DNA from: Octopus sinensis
Lineage: Eukaryota
Direction of reading: 5' to 3'
Assembly (NCBI RefSeq): GCF_006345805.1
Contig: NC_043002.1
Span: 64,604,001 to 64,668,000 of the forward strand
Length of the DNA stretch: 64,000 nt
The position numbers and the translations under genes were made by a program. Below, one piece after another: positions 28,201-40,011 of the stretch (the first letter of the stretch is position 1; the number at the start of each line of letters is the position of its first letter). A model generated the notes under the pieces. The model did not search any database, was not told the origin of the DNA, and saw nothing but the letters and a program-made list of their open reading frames with translations.

Positions 28201-28276
<76 letters not shown>

Positions 28277-28840
28277 TGAAACTTAGTGCCTCATTACGGT
28301 GAAAAGCAACTCCTTCACCAAAATTAAAGAATCATCATTATTTTTTTTTGTCCAAACACTATTTCTGGTAGGATCATCAAAGTAGGATCTTCAAGTACTG
28401 TTTCCTAGGTTACAATGGGAGATTCGTCATTACAGTTTCCGAATGGGTTCCCAACAGTCACATATTATCCAAGCATCTCGAGCTTCGTCTACGCTCAGAT
28501 CTCCCGTCGCCTGGATTAGTTTGAAGTAATCATCTTGTGATTCCTTCCTGTGACATCATAATCCTATCCGTAGCTTTTGATTTGTGAACTCGCAACGAGG
28601 TGGCGTAGCGGATCCCCATGAAGTAATCAGCTAACTTTAAATTACTGAGATAACAAAATGTACCACAATAGAGCAATAAACCGCGAGGTAGAACAATACA
28701 AAAGGAAATACAGGAATACTGCCTTAAAAGGTTCCTGCCTGATAAAAATACATATGCAGCTCATATCGCATAATACAAAGACGAAACAAATTAACAGGGT
28801 GGTTTTACATAATTATACATCTTTAAGAATAATGAAAATA

Positions 28841-29010
28841 GGCGTAGGAGTGGTTGCGTGGTAAGTAGATTGCTTACGAACCACAAGGTTCCAGGTTCAG
28901 TCCCACTGCGTGGGATCTTATGCAAGTGTCTTCTACTATAGCCTCGAGCTGACTGAAGCCTTGTGAGTGGATTTGTTGGACGGAAACTGAAAGAGGCTCG
29001 TTGCATGTAT

Positions 29011-29054
<44 letters not shown>

Positions 29055-29090
29055 ATATATAATATATGTGTGTGTATATATAAATGTATC

Positions 29091-29125
<35 letters not shown>

Positions 29126-29392
29126 GTATGTATATATGTATGTATATATATATATGTATGTATGTACGTATGTACCTGTATATGTCTGTGTGTCTGTGTT
29201 TGCTCCCTCCCAACATCGCTTGACAACCGATGCTGGTGTGTTTACGGCCCCGTAACTTAGCGGTTCAGCAAAAGAGACCGATAGAATAAGTACTAGGCCT
29301 ACAACGAATAAGTCCTGGGGGCGATTTGCTTGACAAAATGAGGTAATCCAGCATGGCCACAGTAACATAGCTGAAACGTAAAAGAGTAAAAG
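28841..29392 (+). mobile_element. SINE family B, full length, with internal (TA)/(TATG) microsatellite
   Basis: Head and core 28841-29003, microsatellite to about 29180, tail (CATCGCTTGACAACCGATGCTGG...CCAGCATGGCC...GTAAAAG) to 29392. Confidence 0.88.
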
Positions 29393-29469
29393 TGTAAAGA
29401 GATATAATTACGCCTAACCAGACTCTCGTTAGATTACTTTGGCTTCAAAATTACACAAAAGGCCAATAA

Positions 29470-29660
29470 CTATGGGCAAGAGAATAAGTCGCTTACATCG
29501 ATACCAGTTCGCAACTGGTACTTATTTTGTCAATCACTAAAGGTAAAAAGGCAAAGTCGATATTTGGCAACATTTGAACTGTAAACGGGAAGTCAGAAGA
29601 AATTCCCGTAATCACTTTTTTTTTCCGGCATGGTAACAATATCACTGCTCACCGCCTTAC
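29470..29660 (-). mobile_element. SINE family C, degraded
   Basis: CAGTTCGCAACTGGTACTTATTT..AAAGGCAAAGTCGA resembles the family C core. Confidence 0.6.
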
Positions 29661-30200
29661 TGCTATAATATATTAAAAATCATCAGAAATTAGAAATACT
29701 TATAACAGAAAGTAACAACCAGCACGTCGCATGATGTACAATAAAACTTGCGATGTAATACATACATTGTAATGCGGCCATGAGAGCTATAAACTTCATG
29801 AAAGAAATTGCTACTTATGCTATACAAATAAAATGTTCATCACACGCGTCAACGTACATTTGAAAAAAAAAAGTGTTGTTCGCAACGATACTAAATCATA
29901 TTCACCCTGCAACAATCGCATTAAAAGCAATTTTTGACAATATTAAATTTCTACACATAATTCTACACAATATGAGCGAAAGTATTTATGGAGGCTTTGC
30001 TAGGCGTGAAATAAGGGAACAGATAAAACATTTTCGAAATTAACCAGTGAAACACAGACGTTAACAGCTGAATAATCTTTTCAAATTTTATATTGTGAAA
30101 AGAAGCAAAAATCATCAGAATTTCTGCGATTAGTGAAAAGCGCGCTAAAACAGATCCTAGCGTTTCTTTTTTTCCATCTCACGGTAAGGATAAGATAAAA

Positions 30201-30483
30201 TTGTTGTTTGTTCCTCAAGCCATACCTGATTCATAGGGCTGGTTTCCAGGTTTCATTGGCGTATAGGTTCCCCACCTGGATGGTACGCCGGTCCGTCGCA
30301 GGCGAGCTGCATGATGCAGGAAGAAAGAGTGAGAGAAAGTTGTGGCGAAAGAGTCAGGAGACCTTCTGCCGGAGCCGAGTTGAGCTTAGGTGTTTCGCTC
30401 ATAAACAGACACATCGCCCGGTCTGAGATTCGAACCCGCGATCCTTCGACTGCGAGTCCGCTGCTCTAACCACTAGGTCATGT
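30201..30483 (-). mobile_element. SINE family A
   Basis: Reverse-complement homolog of 3265-3568. Confidence 0.85.
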
Positions 30484-31149
30484 AAAAATGAAGGACTAAT
30501 AAAAGAATATGACAATATGTTAATGATAAAGATCTCAGTCAACCATTATCATACCTTTAGGGAATTATTCTCAAAGGCATACATACATTTATATATGTGT
30601 ATATATATGTATGTTTGTACATACGCTAATTTGTCCGTATATATAATTTGTTAGCATGAACAAGCTACCTAAAATATGCGAGTACTGTGAAACTCTAAAG
30701 CATTTACTTAGAGTTTTAGATATCTATGAAGCATTGTTACCAATCCATGACATTTTTTGCGACGTTATCACCGCTAAAATATAAAGGTTTGCACATTCAA
30801 ACAATGATTAGAAATAAGTTAAATTTCTCGTTTAGAAATTACCAGCGTCATAAGAAATTACCATCTTTTTTCTATATTTTGCATGTTTCCATGACAATTT
30901 TATCCAGTGCAACCTTCCTACTAAAAGTCGATACACTGTAATTTGAGTGAGATTTACTGCAATTTCTAGTAGCAAATTCGATTGTATATAGGGTACGTTG
31001 TTGTTTATTTTTTTTTTCAACATTATTGTTCTCCTATATCTTACTTAATTACAAATATTATTAGGATTGATAGTAAGCGTACTTACCATTTAACTGAGAG
31101 CCTGTACCTTCGTTTAATGGTTTCTGTTAAATCAAGAGAAACAGAATTT

Positions 31150-31570
31150 TTTAAGGATAGTAAATCGGAAATAACAATCCCATTGCGTAACTGGTACGCT
31201 ATTTCACTGACACCGGAAGGACGAATATAAAGTTGATTTCAATGTGATTTGAACTCAGAACGCCGACATCCGGAAAAAGTAATGCAAAGCATTATTTTCC
31301 GACTCCACAACTATTCTTCCGGTCCACCGCATTTACATCCTATAATAATAATGTTTAATGATTTCAAATTTGGTTAAAAAGCCAGCAATCATGGGAGCTT
31401 GAGTTAGTCGAATGCATCGACGGCAAAGCTCAACTGCTACTTATTTAATCGCCCTCGAAAAGATGCAAAGATAAGTCGATCTCGGCGAAATTTGTACTCA
31501 GAACGTAAAGGCGGGTGAAACGCCGCTAAGCAGTTTGTCCGGTGTGCGAAATATTCCTCTAGCTCACCGC
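31150..31570. mobile_element. Two divergent SINE family C remnants (about 31150-31330 minus, about 31370-31570 minus)
   Basis: Both contain degraded reverse-complement family C cores (TGCGTAACTGGTACGCTATTT; AAAGATAAGTCGATCTCGGCGAAATTTG). Confidence 0.55.
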
Positions 31571-32830
31571 TTTGACACTACTGTTAATACGACGTTTGAT
31601 ATTGGCCAATGACCGCAGAATTTTAGTTGAGATGTGAAGTGAATTGTGTCGCAAACCAGTTAGTCTAATAGATGCATGGTTCATAATATATCGACAATGG
31701 AGTTATAAATGTCAAAGATAACTCCGATGAGGTTTGGCCATTTAGCGTAAACTAATTACAGCAAACACTTAATCTGGTACTCAATTATTTTTTTTTTCCA
31801 ACAGAATTGTTCTCTTATGTCTTACTTAAATACAAATATACACCAAATATAATAAATTATCGTGATTGTGATATCACAAATCTAACTTTGTGCCATTGCG
31901 AAAATTTTCCAATATGTGATTGAAATGAATTCAGTGCTGATAATGGCACAGGAAGAGCGTGAAGTTTAACATTTATTATAGGGACAACAAAAGGCCAGCT
32001 GTGATTGGAATGTATTTAATTGCTTCGGAAATTCTTTTTGATTTCGTATAAATATGTTGTAGTTTCTTTCAAATCCTGCCTGTTGTGGCTGCATACGATG
32101 TTTGTGCTTAAGAATTAAGCAATTTGTAAATAAAATACTCTTTACATCTTTAAAGACATAATAAATATCGAGCGTCATTGCTCAGCCTACCAGGTCTCGC
32201 ATTACTATTCAACTCATTCAATGATTCACTCCAGTTTAACCTCCTGTGCCCAACCAAAATATGCACAGAATCCATGAATATAGGCTACAAAAATATCTTT
32301 TCAAAGAGGTCATAGAAAAGCATAATTTTTGCTACAATTACGGAAAATCAGTCCAGGTGATTTCAGTTTTAACATAGCAAATACTCTATCATACTACTTG
32401 ACATTCTCTGAAACCACAAATTACTCGACCCTGCCTCTTCGAATACAAAAGACATTACAGAGCTTGATGTGGAAGAGAGCAAAAACATTCTGGAAGCTGA
32501 TGCTAATAATCACAGAGTTATTTTCGATCACATTCAATAAAAGACTTTTGACTAATTGCTTACCAGCTACAATCAAACTTCCGTCTTAAAGACACGTATT
32601 CTATCACTACTATAATAGTCTCTTCTCAGGAGAACTGGCTGGCATTCAGCTGCAACTTTTTACGCTCACAATGCTCGTCCTGTTAAAATACATGTTGTAT
32701 ACGCGATGTGCCCTTTGCACCATGACCCAAATGTTGATAATTTTGTTCTATATTTATGAGATGAGAAATTATGTACATTATTTACATTATTTACATTTGA
32801 CGGATATTTGTCACCATCTTTTTTGTTGTT

Positions 32831-32876
32831 AACACAACATTTCAGCTGATACAGCTTCCAGCCTTCGTCAGGTGTC
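32831..32876 (-). ncRNA. Type I minimal hammerhead (family E), intact core
   Basis: Minus strand: GACAC CUGACGA A GGCUG gaagcuguau CAGCU GAAA UG U U GUGUU. Stem I is GACAC/GUGUU. Confidence 0.75.
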
Positions 32877-32940
32877 TTGGGGAAATGTCGAACCTGGATT
32901 CTCATTCCTAAGGTAGTTTTCGATGTTGTTGTTATTATTA

Positions 32941-32983
<43 letters not shown>

Positions 32984-33102
32984 TATTATTATCTGATCTG
33001 AGATCGTGTGCTGGAACGAAAACAATTGCAGCGTGGAAGGGGTTTATAAGCCATTTAAGAAGCACACAAAACCTTTAGATTCACTTCAACATTTAAATTT
33101 AA

Positions 33103-33153
33103 TTTGCCAAAATACTTTCGTCGCTTCGAGACGGTGACCTGTTCACTGACAAA
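33103..33153 (-). ncRNA. Type I hammerhead-like motif with G3:C8 swap
   Basis: Minus strand: UUUGUCA GUGAACA G GUCAC cgucucgaa GCGAC GAA AGUAUU U UGGCAAA. 7-bp stem I, 4/5 stem II, near-palindromic stem III. Confidence 0.6.
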
Positions 33154-33195
33154 ACTCCGTGCTGCACGGAATCATTATTATTATTATTATTATTA

Positions 33196-33246
<51 letters not shown>

Positions 33247-33261
33247 TATCATTATTATTAA

Positions 33262-33292
<31 letters not shown>

Positions 33293-33824
33293 GAGGTCAC
33301 TGCCTGGAATTGATTTCCTCATACTATGATTTCTCTATTTTCTTCCGCCCTACCTCTGCTTGCTATTTCTCATCTAATTTATACTTCAAGAGATTAGCTG
33401 TAGTTGTGTCAATATGACAGTTTACGGCGTGTCTAAGAAGCGTTAATATAGAGGTTAATTATTATACTTTCGATTGCTAGGTAGTGGGTTTCAATTCCCG
33501 GATCGAGCAGGGTATTGTGTTCTTTAGACTCTGTTCGCGTTGCTCTAGATCGCACAGTTCTAAATTAATAAACCTGGGACGGAAGGTTTTCCTGATCAAG
33601 TAGAATGTTAACAATTTCATCCAACCCGCACGGCCGGTTCGTTCGCACATTGAAATAAAATAATGCGACGTGCATTATGGTAAGTGACATATAACAACAT
33701 CCGACAACATGGTCAATATCGTGGTATATATATATATATATGTGTGTGTGTACTTTCTGTCTGAATATTTATTTTTATACGGCACCGTATTTTACAATTC
33801 TGTAAATAATAATAATAATGGTAT

Positions 33825-33975
33825 TATAAGCTCAAAGCTTATGGCGGGCACCGTGCAATGACTAAGGAAAATGGCCAAGGCTTTCGTATCCTCGTGAGAC
33901 TAGGCTTGTATGCCCTTTTATTTGACTTTTTTCCTTAGTCCTTGCACGGTGATAGCCATAAGCTTTAAGCTTATA
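33825..33975. repeat. 151-bp foldback element (47-bp arms, 57-nt loop)
   Basis: 33825-33871 versus the reverse complement of 33929-33975: 42/47 identical. Confidence 0.9.
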
Positions 33976-34010
33976 TAAAAATACCACACACACACACACA
34001 CACATATATC

Positions 34011-34092
<82 letters not shown>

Positions 34093-34906
34093 GGAAGACA
34101 GACAAAGAATAAATAAGTAAATGAGTGGAAATCGAATCGATGAGTGTTAAGTCAAAATCCATTAAAAGAGAATGACTCTCCCATAACACAGTAATAAATA
34201 TACTGGACTATCTCACTCATCTAAAATAAGTTACTCCACTTTGGTTGCCTCAAGACAATGTTAAACGTCCCCTGGCCCAAATAATAGAAACATAATGGTT
34301 TAAACACCCTCAACTGGACTCTATAGGCATACTCGCTAACTCTGACATAGAAACAGACGAAAACATATGCATACATGTATATACATACTATAGATAGATA
34401 CATACATAGAGAGAGAGAAAGAGAGAGAGAGATAGAGGCACAGATAAATAGACAGACATACAGATAGATAGTAAGAGAGTTAGACAGATAGATACATAGA
34501 TAGATAGAGAGATAGAGAGATAAAGAAATAGATATACAAACATGCGTATATGTGTGTGAGTATATGTGTGACTGTTTGTGTGTATGTGTGGGTCATTACG
34601 TATGTGTGATTGTCACATTATGCCTGAGTGTGACTAAATGTGTATGTGTTTGTGTGTCAATGTGTTTGTGTGTGTGTGTGCGTGAGTCTCTATGTGTGTG
34701 TGTGTGTTTGTGCGCATGCATTTCCGGCACTATACACTGATAACTGAAGCGAACGAATCATGTATTAAATATATCGCATAGAGCGTGCACTCAAAATGTG
34801 TTAGTTTTTCTTTTTACTTAAACATATGAAGTCTCTTTGATTGATACCCTTAATATATAATGTATTAATATATTAGCACTAAACTTTTTTCCTTTCTTTC
34901 TTTCTT

Positions 34907-34956
<50 letters not shown>

Positions 34957-35162
34957 ATGATAAATATCAAAGTGAGTTATATACAGTAGCGGTAACACAT
35001 TGTGACGTATATTTGCCATCTCAATATGGCTACCCCTAAGGGTGGATGCTACTGTAGTTTTTAGCCCCAGGAGGACACACTCCTCCAGCTGGCCATAGAC
35101 ACACTTTCTGTGTCCTGTCAGTATTTGCAAAGGGAAGTCATCCTTCCCGTCTTCAACTTATG

Positions 35163-35216
35163 ATACACACGGACTCGAGTTTCGAGGTATTGACCTCGCT
35201 TCATTACGCAATATAC
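35163..35216 (-). ncRNA. Decayed type I hammerhead candidate
   Basis: Minus strand: stem II GAGG/CCUC, GAA, palindrome ACUCGAGU, triplet GUC, G-U-rich stem I. The CUGAUGA box is damaged (UAAUGAAGC). Confidence 0.45.
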
Positions 35217-35519
35217 AAAAATTCAAGCGATATTCAATCGCTGATCTTGTAGGGCATAAGTAACCTGAAACCGGGCAGGTCTGCTGATCCCATCACCCGA
35301 ACTCCGTAGAGTCTGCTCCCCTGCTCGCAATATATCGGCTGAAGGTTGCACCATCGTTAAACTTCTACAGCAAATGTCCTCTTGGGGTCAAAATTCGCAA
35401 TAACGTCTTTCCGAAGGGAACAGCCTTGTTGAAGTAGCGACAAGTATTGCTTGCCAGTACAGTTAATGCGTTCGTTTCTTACAGAGGTTCTATAACAAGC
35501 TACTTTGCTTGTAATATAT

Positions 35520-35572
<53 letters not shown>

Positions 35573-35574
35573 GG

Positions 35575-35606
<32 letters not shown>

Positions 35607-35987
35607 AAGTATATATAGAGAGAGATAGAGAGCGAGTTAGACGCAACTATACAGATAAATAAATTAGGATCATCTAATGTAAAAAAATATATATTAAATC
35701 ATTGAGATCTTAAATGTAAGATCTTTTCTACCTTGATGATGGAGGCTCGTCTTATCGAATGTTAATAGTAACCATACGGCTGCATATTATGGTGAACTAA
35801 ATCTACGATCATTATTATGAATCGCCGAGCCTCCAGTAACATCTGTTGAATTTATACCACATTTCCTCTACTCCTTTCATTTCCCCTGGCGTTTGTACTC
35901 TACGTGAGCTGGGCCATTTAATATAAATATTTATATATTTATACTTAAAAATTTATTATCTGAAAATTTCCATCATTTGCTTTCTCT

Positions 35988-36540
35988 CCGAGTTAGTAAA
36001 TGTTTTTATCTTCATTTCACTAAATTTATCTAGCTTCTGTGTTCCTAGCACATATTTCGCCTTAATGTACTGATATATGAAAAATATATGGCTTGTGCTA
36101 GAAATACCAGCGATGAAAATTTATTTTATCGCAATTTGACTTGTTTACATATTTCTCGATAAATTTTGAACGCTAGACGATATACCAGAAATCCCTAGTT
36201 TTGTCGGGACGTTCTGAGTCTGCGCAGTGATCTGATTAGTTAGAGAGAGTAAATCATTAGAAGCACATGCTTCTAGTGAGTTAGGATCTCAGAACAACAG
36301 GGCTCTTACCGATGAATTCTCCCTGAGCAAATAAATTATCTTTATTGCTGAAAAGAACGAAACTGCAGTCTAAGAGGAACCGAGTTAGTAAATGTTTTTA
36401 TCTTCATTTCACTAAATTTATCTAGCTTCTGTGTTCCTAGCACATATTTCGCCTTAATGTACTGAGATATGGAAAATATATGGCTTGTGCTAGAAATACC
36501 AGCGATGAAAATTTATTTTATCGCAATTTGACTTGTTTAC

Positions 36541-36544
<4 letters not shown>
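35988..36544 (+). repeat. 165-bp direct repeats (35988-36152 and 36380-36544), 392-bp period
   Basis: Near-identical copies beginning CCGAGTTAGTAAATG and ending GTTTACATAT. Confidence 0.95.
36303..36376 (+). ncRNA. Type I hammerhead ribozyme (U4C variant)
   Basis: CTCTTA CCGATGA ATTCT...AGCAAATAAA ttatc TTTATTGCT...AGAAC GAA ACTGCAGT C TAAGAG. Perfect 6-bp stem I, palindromic stem III, GUC triplet. Confidence 0.8.
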
Positions 36545-36573
<29 letters not shown>

Positions 36574-38169
36574 GTGTGTGTGTGTGTGTGTGTGTGTGTG
36601 TCTGTGTGTATGTATGTGTGCATATATTTGTGTATGTATGTATTGTATTTAATAGACAAACTGATATATTTAATATATCTAATATACATGATGTATCTAA
36701 TTTGTTTATCTGCAACTTGATTCCTCTTATAGCCTTTTTTTTTACCTTTTAGTGTCAACGTTGGTATCTTTTGAGCAATAAATCGTGTCTCGTAGACGGA
36801 GAATCTCAAAAATATAAACATACATAAACATAAAACGTAAGCATAATATTCATTAGCATAGTATCTTATGAATTCACGATACTATATAGACTAAGTGTGA
36901 TGCAAAATATATTTGTGAAACTCATCTGAAACTCCGCTATCAAGAGTATGTCTACTCAAATACAAACTATCATGTACATACTCTAAAAATGCATACAGAT
37001 GTATAACCGCCGTATAAAATTCAAAATTCAAATTTCATGCAAGGGAGGTAATACCTTTTGATTTGTCCCACTTATCTTGCACATTTTGTTTATTTATTCA
37101 CACGTTATATTATCATGTTTTCATCTAATTTAGAGATGAACACAAACATTATACGTGACATGTTTGATGGTTACTACAAGATATCATGCTTAACATTAAT
37201 GGAAATTAATGGTAGACAGGTTAACCTACAAAGTCTATATACATATATGTGTGTATGTATGTAGGTAAGCATGTATGGTTATGTATGTATGTATGTGTGA
37301 GTGTATGTTTGCATGCATGCATGTATGTATGCATGCATGTATGCATGAATATATGTATGTGTGTGCTTGTGTCTGTGCATGTTCTGTGTACGAATTAGTG
37401 TATTAAGTATGAAACGTAAGCACTGTCTTGATGCATTGGAATAAACCGTCGTGGTGATAGCCCATGATAGCTGCACTGAAATGCTTTGAGTAACAATATT
37501 ATCATACTGCTGTAGTCCAAAAATATACATTTTGTTGTAGATTTGCCTTGTGAGTGGATTTGGTAGACGGACACTGGAGGCAAATTCACTGCAATTACCG
37601 TTATCAGGTGTTTCTTCTGCTCATGAAGTTTGTGTGGTCAGATTTCATATTCTGCAAAATGTCTATCATGGTGGAATTAGCGTCACCGATAGTGGATCTT
37701 TTTTGAAGTATTTGAGTGGAAAATGTTGCTTGTGTAGAGAGGGAGAGAATTTTTTTTTCTAAAACTCAAATACGTCAAACTAGTGCCACTATCTGCGATG
37801 GCATTCCCATCAGGATGGATCATTTCTCGAATTTTGAAATCTGTAAAGACATAGCATATAAACTCCACGCAGAGACGAAATATGCCCCAATGTCAAACTA
37901 CCTTAGCATTCAAATACAAGAACTCCATACTTAGAACAAAAACAAAATAATGCAAACGCTTTGACCGCACAAGAGTTCGCTCAAAATAAAAATCCAAGGA
38001 CGAGAAACATTCCAAACGTGCCACCCATGAATAACGTCCCTTGATGCATTGCTTTATACACGAGAATCCATGAGAAACTCCGCGAACTAAACGAGAGTGT
38101 GATTTCTAAAATGGAGGCGAACTTCTTAATCTATGTGATCGGCTTGGAAAATTCTTAAGAGCGGGGGAG

Positions 38170-38530
38170 AGAGAGAGCAGAGGTACAGTCCATGGGAGTG
38201 CCTTGGCTTCAGGTGTGCATATAGAGATTAGCATATATGCACGAAGAATGAAGTGGCGAGCCTTACATTGAGACTGTTACTGAAAGTCATGGTTGTCCCT
38301 GCACAGCCTGCGCAGGCGGAGAAAATGGGAGTAGGGTATGGAGGGCTTGGTATGAGTAGAGTGGGGGGAGATGTTACGGCAGGGGTGTGGGTCGGTGTGT
38401 TTGCAGTGGATGGAGGAAGTGAGGGCAGAGTGGTGTATGGTGAGAGTAATGTCGAGAAAGGTGATGGAAGTGTTGGAAATATTGCCGGAGAAACGAGAAC
38501 GGTTTGGAAGGATTGGACAAAACATGAAGG
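38170..38530 (-). pseudogene. Penelope-like RT C-terminal/thumb fragment
   Basis: ISNTSITFLDITLTIHHSALTSSIHCKHTDPH..SPHSTHTKPSIPYSHFLRLRRLC matches the PLE pattern FLD..YRKPT..SSHP..SIPYSQFLRLRRIC. Confidence 0.85.
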
Positions 38531-38538
38531 AGTCATAT

Positions 38539-38575
<37 letters not shown>

Positions 38576-38646
38576 GATATATATATATATATATATATAT
38601 AAGAAGTTGAAAACGCCACTATATAAGATAAATTTTATTTTCTTGG

Positions 38647-38698
38647 AGATTTTACATGTTTCGGTTCTTCTTGAAAAAACGAACCTTATCAAAATTAC
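38647..38698 (-). ncRNA. Hammerhead-like motif with U3:A8 covariation (copy 1)
   Basis: Minus strand: UUGAUAA GGUUC...GAACC GAA ACAUGU A. Stem I is weak. Confidence 0.5.
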
Positions 38699-38905
38699 TT
38701 TTAAAAGTTAAGTGTAATAAAAAAAAAAAGGTCATAACTGTTTCTTGCTAGTCTCAACAGAGTCCACGTGGTGGTGTTTTTTTTTGGGGGGGGGGGGTAC
38801 ATTATGGCTGTCTTGTGCGTTGTCTAGATTCATTGGTTGTAATTGTGAAAATAACATTTCCACAATGACATATATATACATGTGTGTGTGTATACACACA
38901 CACAT

Positions 38906-38946
<41 letters not shown>

Positions 38947-39169
38947 ATATATATATATATATATGTATGTATGTATATATACATATATAGACATATATAT
39001 TTACATATATATAATACAAATACGAACATGGAGAAACAATTTAGTCAGTTTATCAGCTTAGGATATTAGAATGTTGACTTATTTATTTAACAAAACGAGA
39101 ACCATAATAACATACATAAATACTTTCAAATTCAATATATATAAGATAAGAATACAATTATATATATAT

Positions 39170-39200
<31 letters not shown>

Positions 39201-39210
39201 ATATATATAT

Positions 39211-39268
<58 letters not shown>

Positions 39269-39374
39269 ATATATATATTAAAATATATTATAAATAAATA
39301 TATATATATTATTATATATATATATATAAGAAGTTGAAAACGCCACTATATAAGATAAATTTTTATTTTCTTGG

Positions 39375-39426
39375 AGATTTTACATGTTTCGGTTCTTCTT
39401 GAAAAAACGAACCTTATCAAAATTAC
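39375..39426 (-). ncRNA. Hammerhead-like motif with U3:A8 covariation (copy 2)
   Basis: Identical to 38647-38698. Confidence 0.5.
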
Positions 39427-39646
39427 TTTTAAAAGTTAAGTGTAATAAAAAAAAAAAGGTCATAACTGTTTCTTGCTAGTCTCAACAGAGTCCACGTGGT
39501 GGTGTTTTTTTTTTTTTTTGGGGGGGGGGGGGGTACATTATGGCTGTCTTGTGCGTTGTCTAGATTCATGGTTGTAATTGTGAAAATAACATTTTCACAA
39601 TGACATATATATACATGTGTGTGTGTATACACACACACATACACAC

Positions 39647-39705
<59 letters not shown>

Positions 39706-39960
39706 ATATACATATATAGACATATATATTTACATATATATAATACAAATACGAACATGGAGAAACAATTTAGTCAGTTTATCAGCTTTAGGATATTAGA
39801 ATGTTGACTTATTTATTTAACAAAACGAGAACCATAATAACATACATAAATACTTTCAAATTCAATATATATAAGATAAGAATACAATTATATATATTAT
39901 ATATATATATATATATTATATATATATATATTATATATATATATATATATATATTATTAT

Positions 39961-40011
<51 letters not shown>

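Larger units (their letters stand above)
32758..33325 (-). mobile_element. SINE family E, long form: truncated head, (AAT)n, second HHR module, (AAT)n, HHR tail
   Basis: The head end ATTCCAGGCAGTGACCTCAATAAT at about 33295-33320 matches the family E heads. The tail at 32758-32930 matches 63320-63474. Confidence 0.7.

Noticed and set aside
35026-35100. Possible HDV-like ribozyme
   Set aside because: Could not build the nested double pseudoknot (no P1.1 or J4/2) on either strand.
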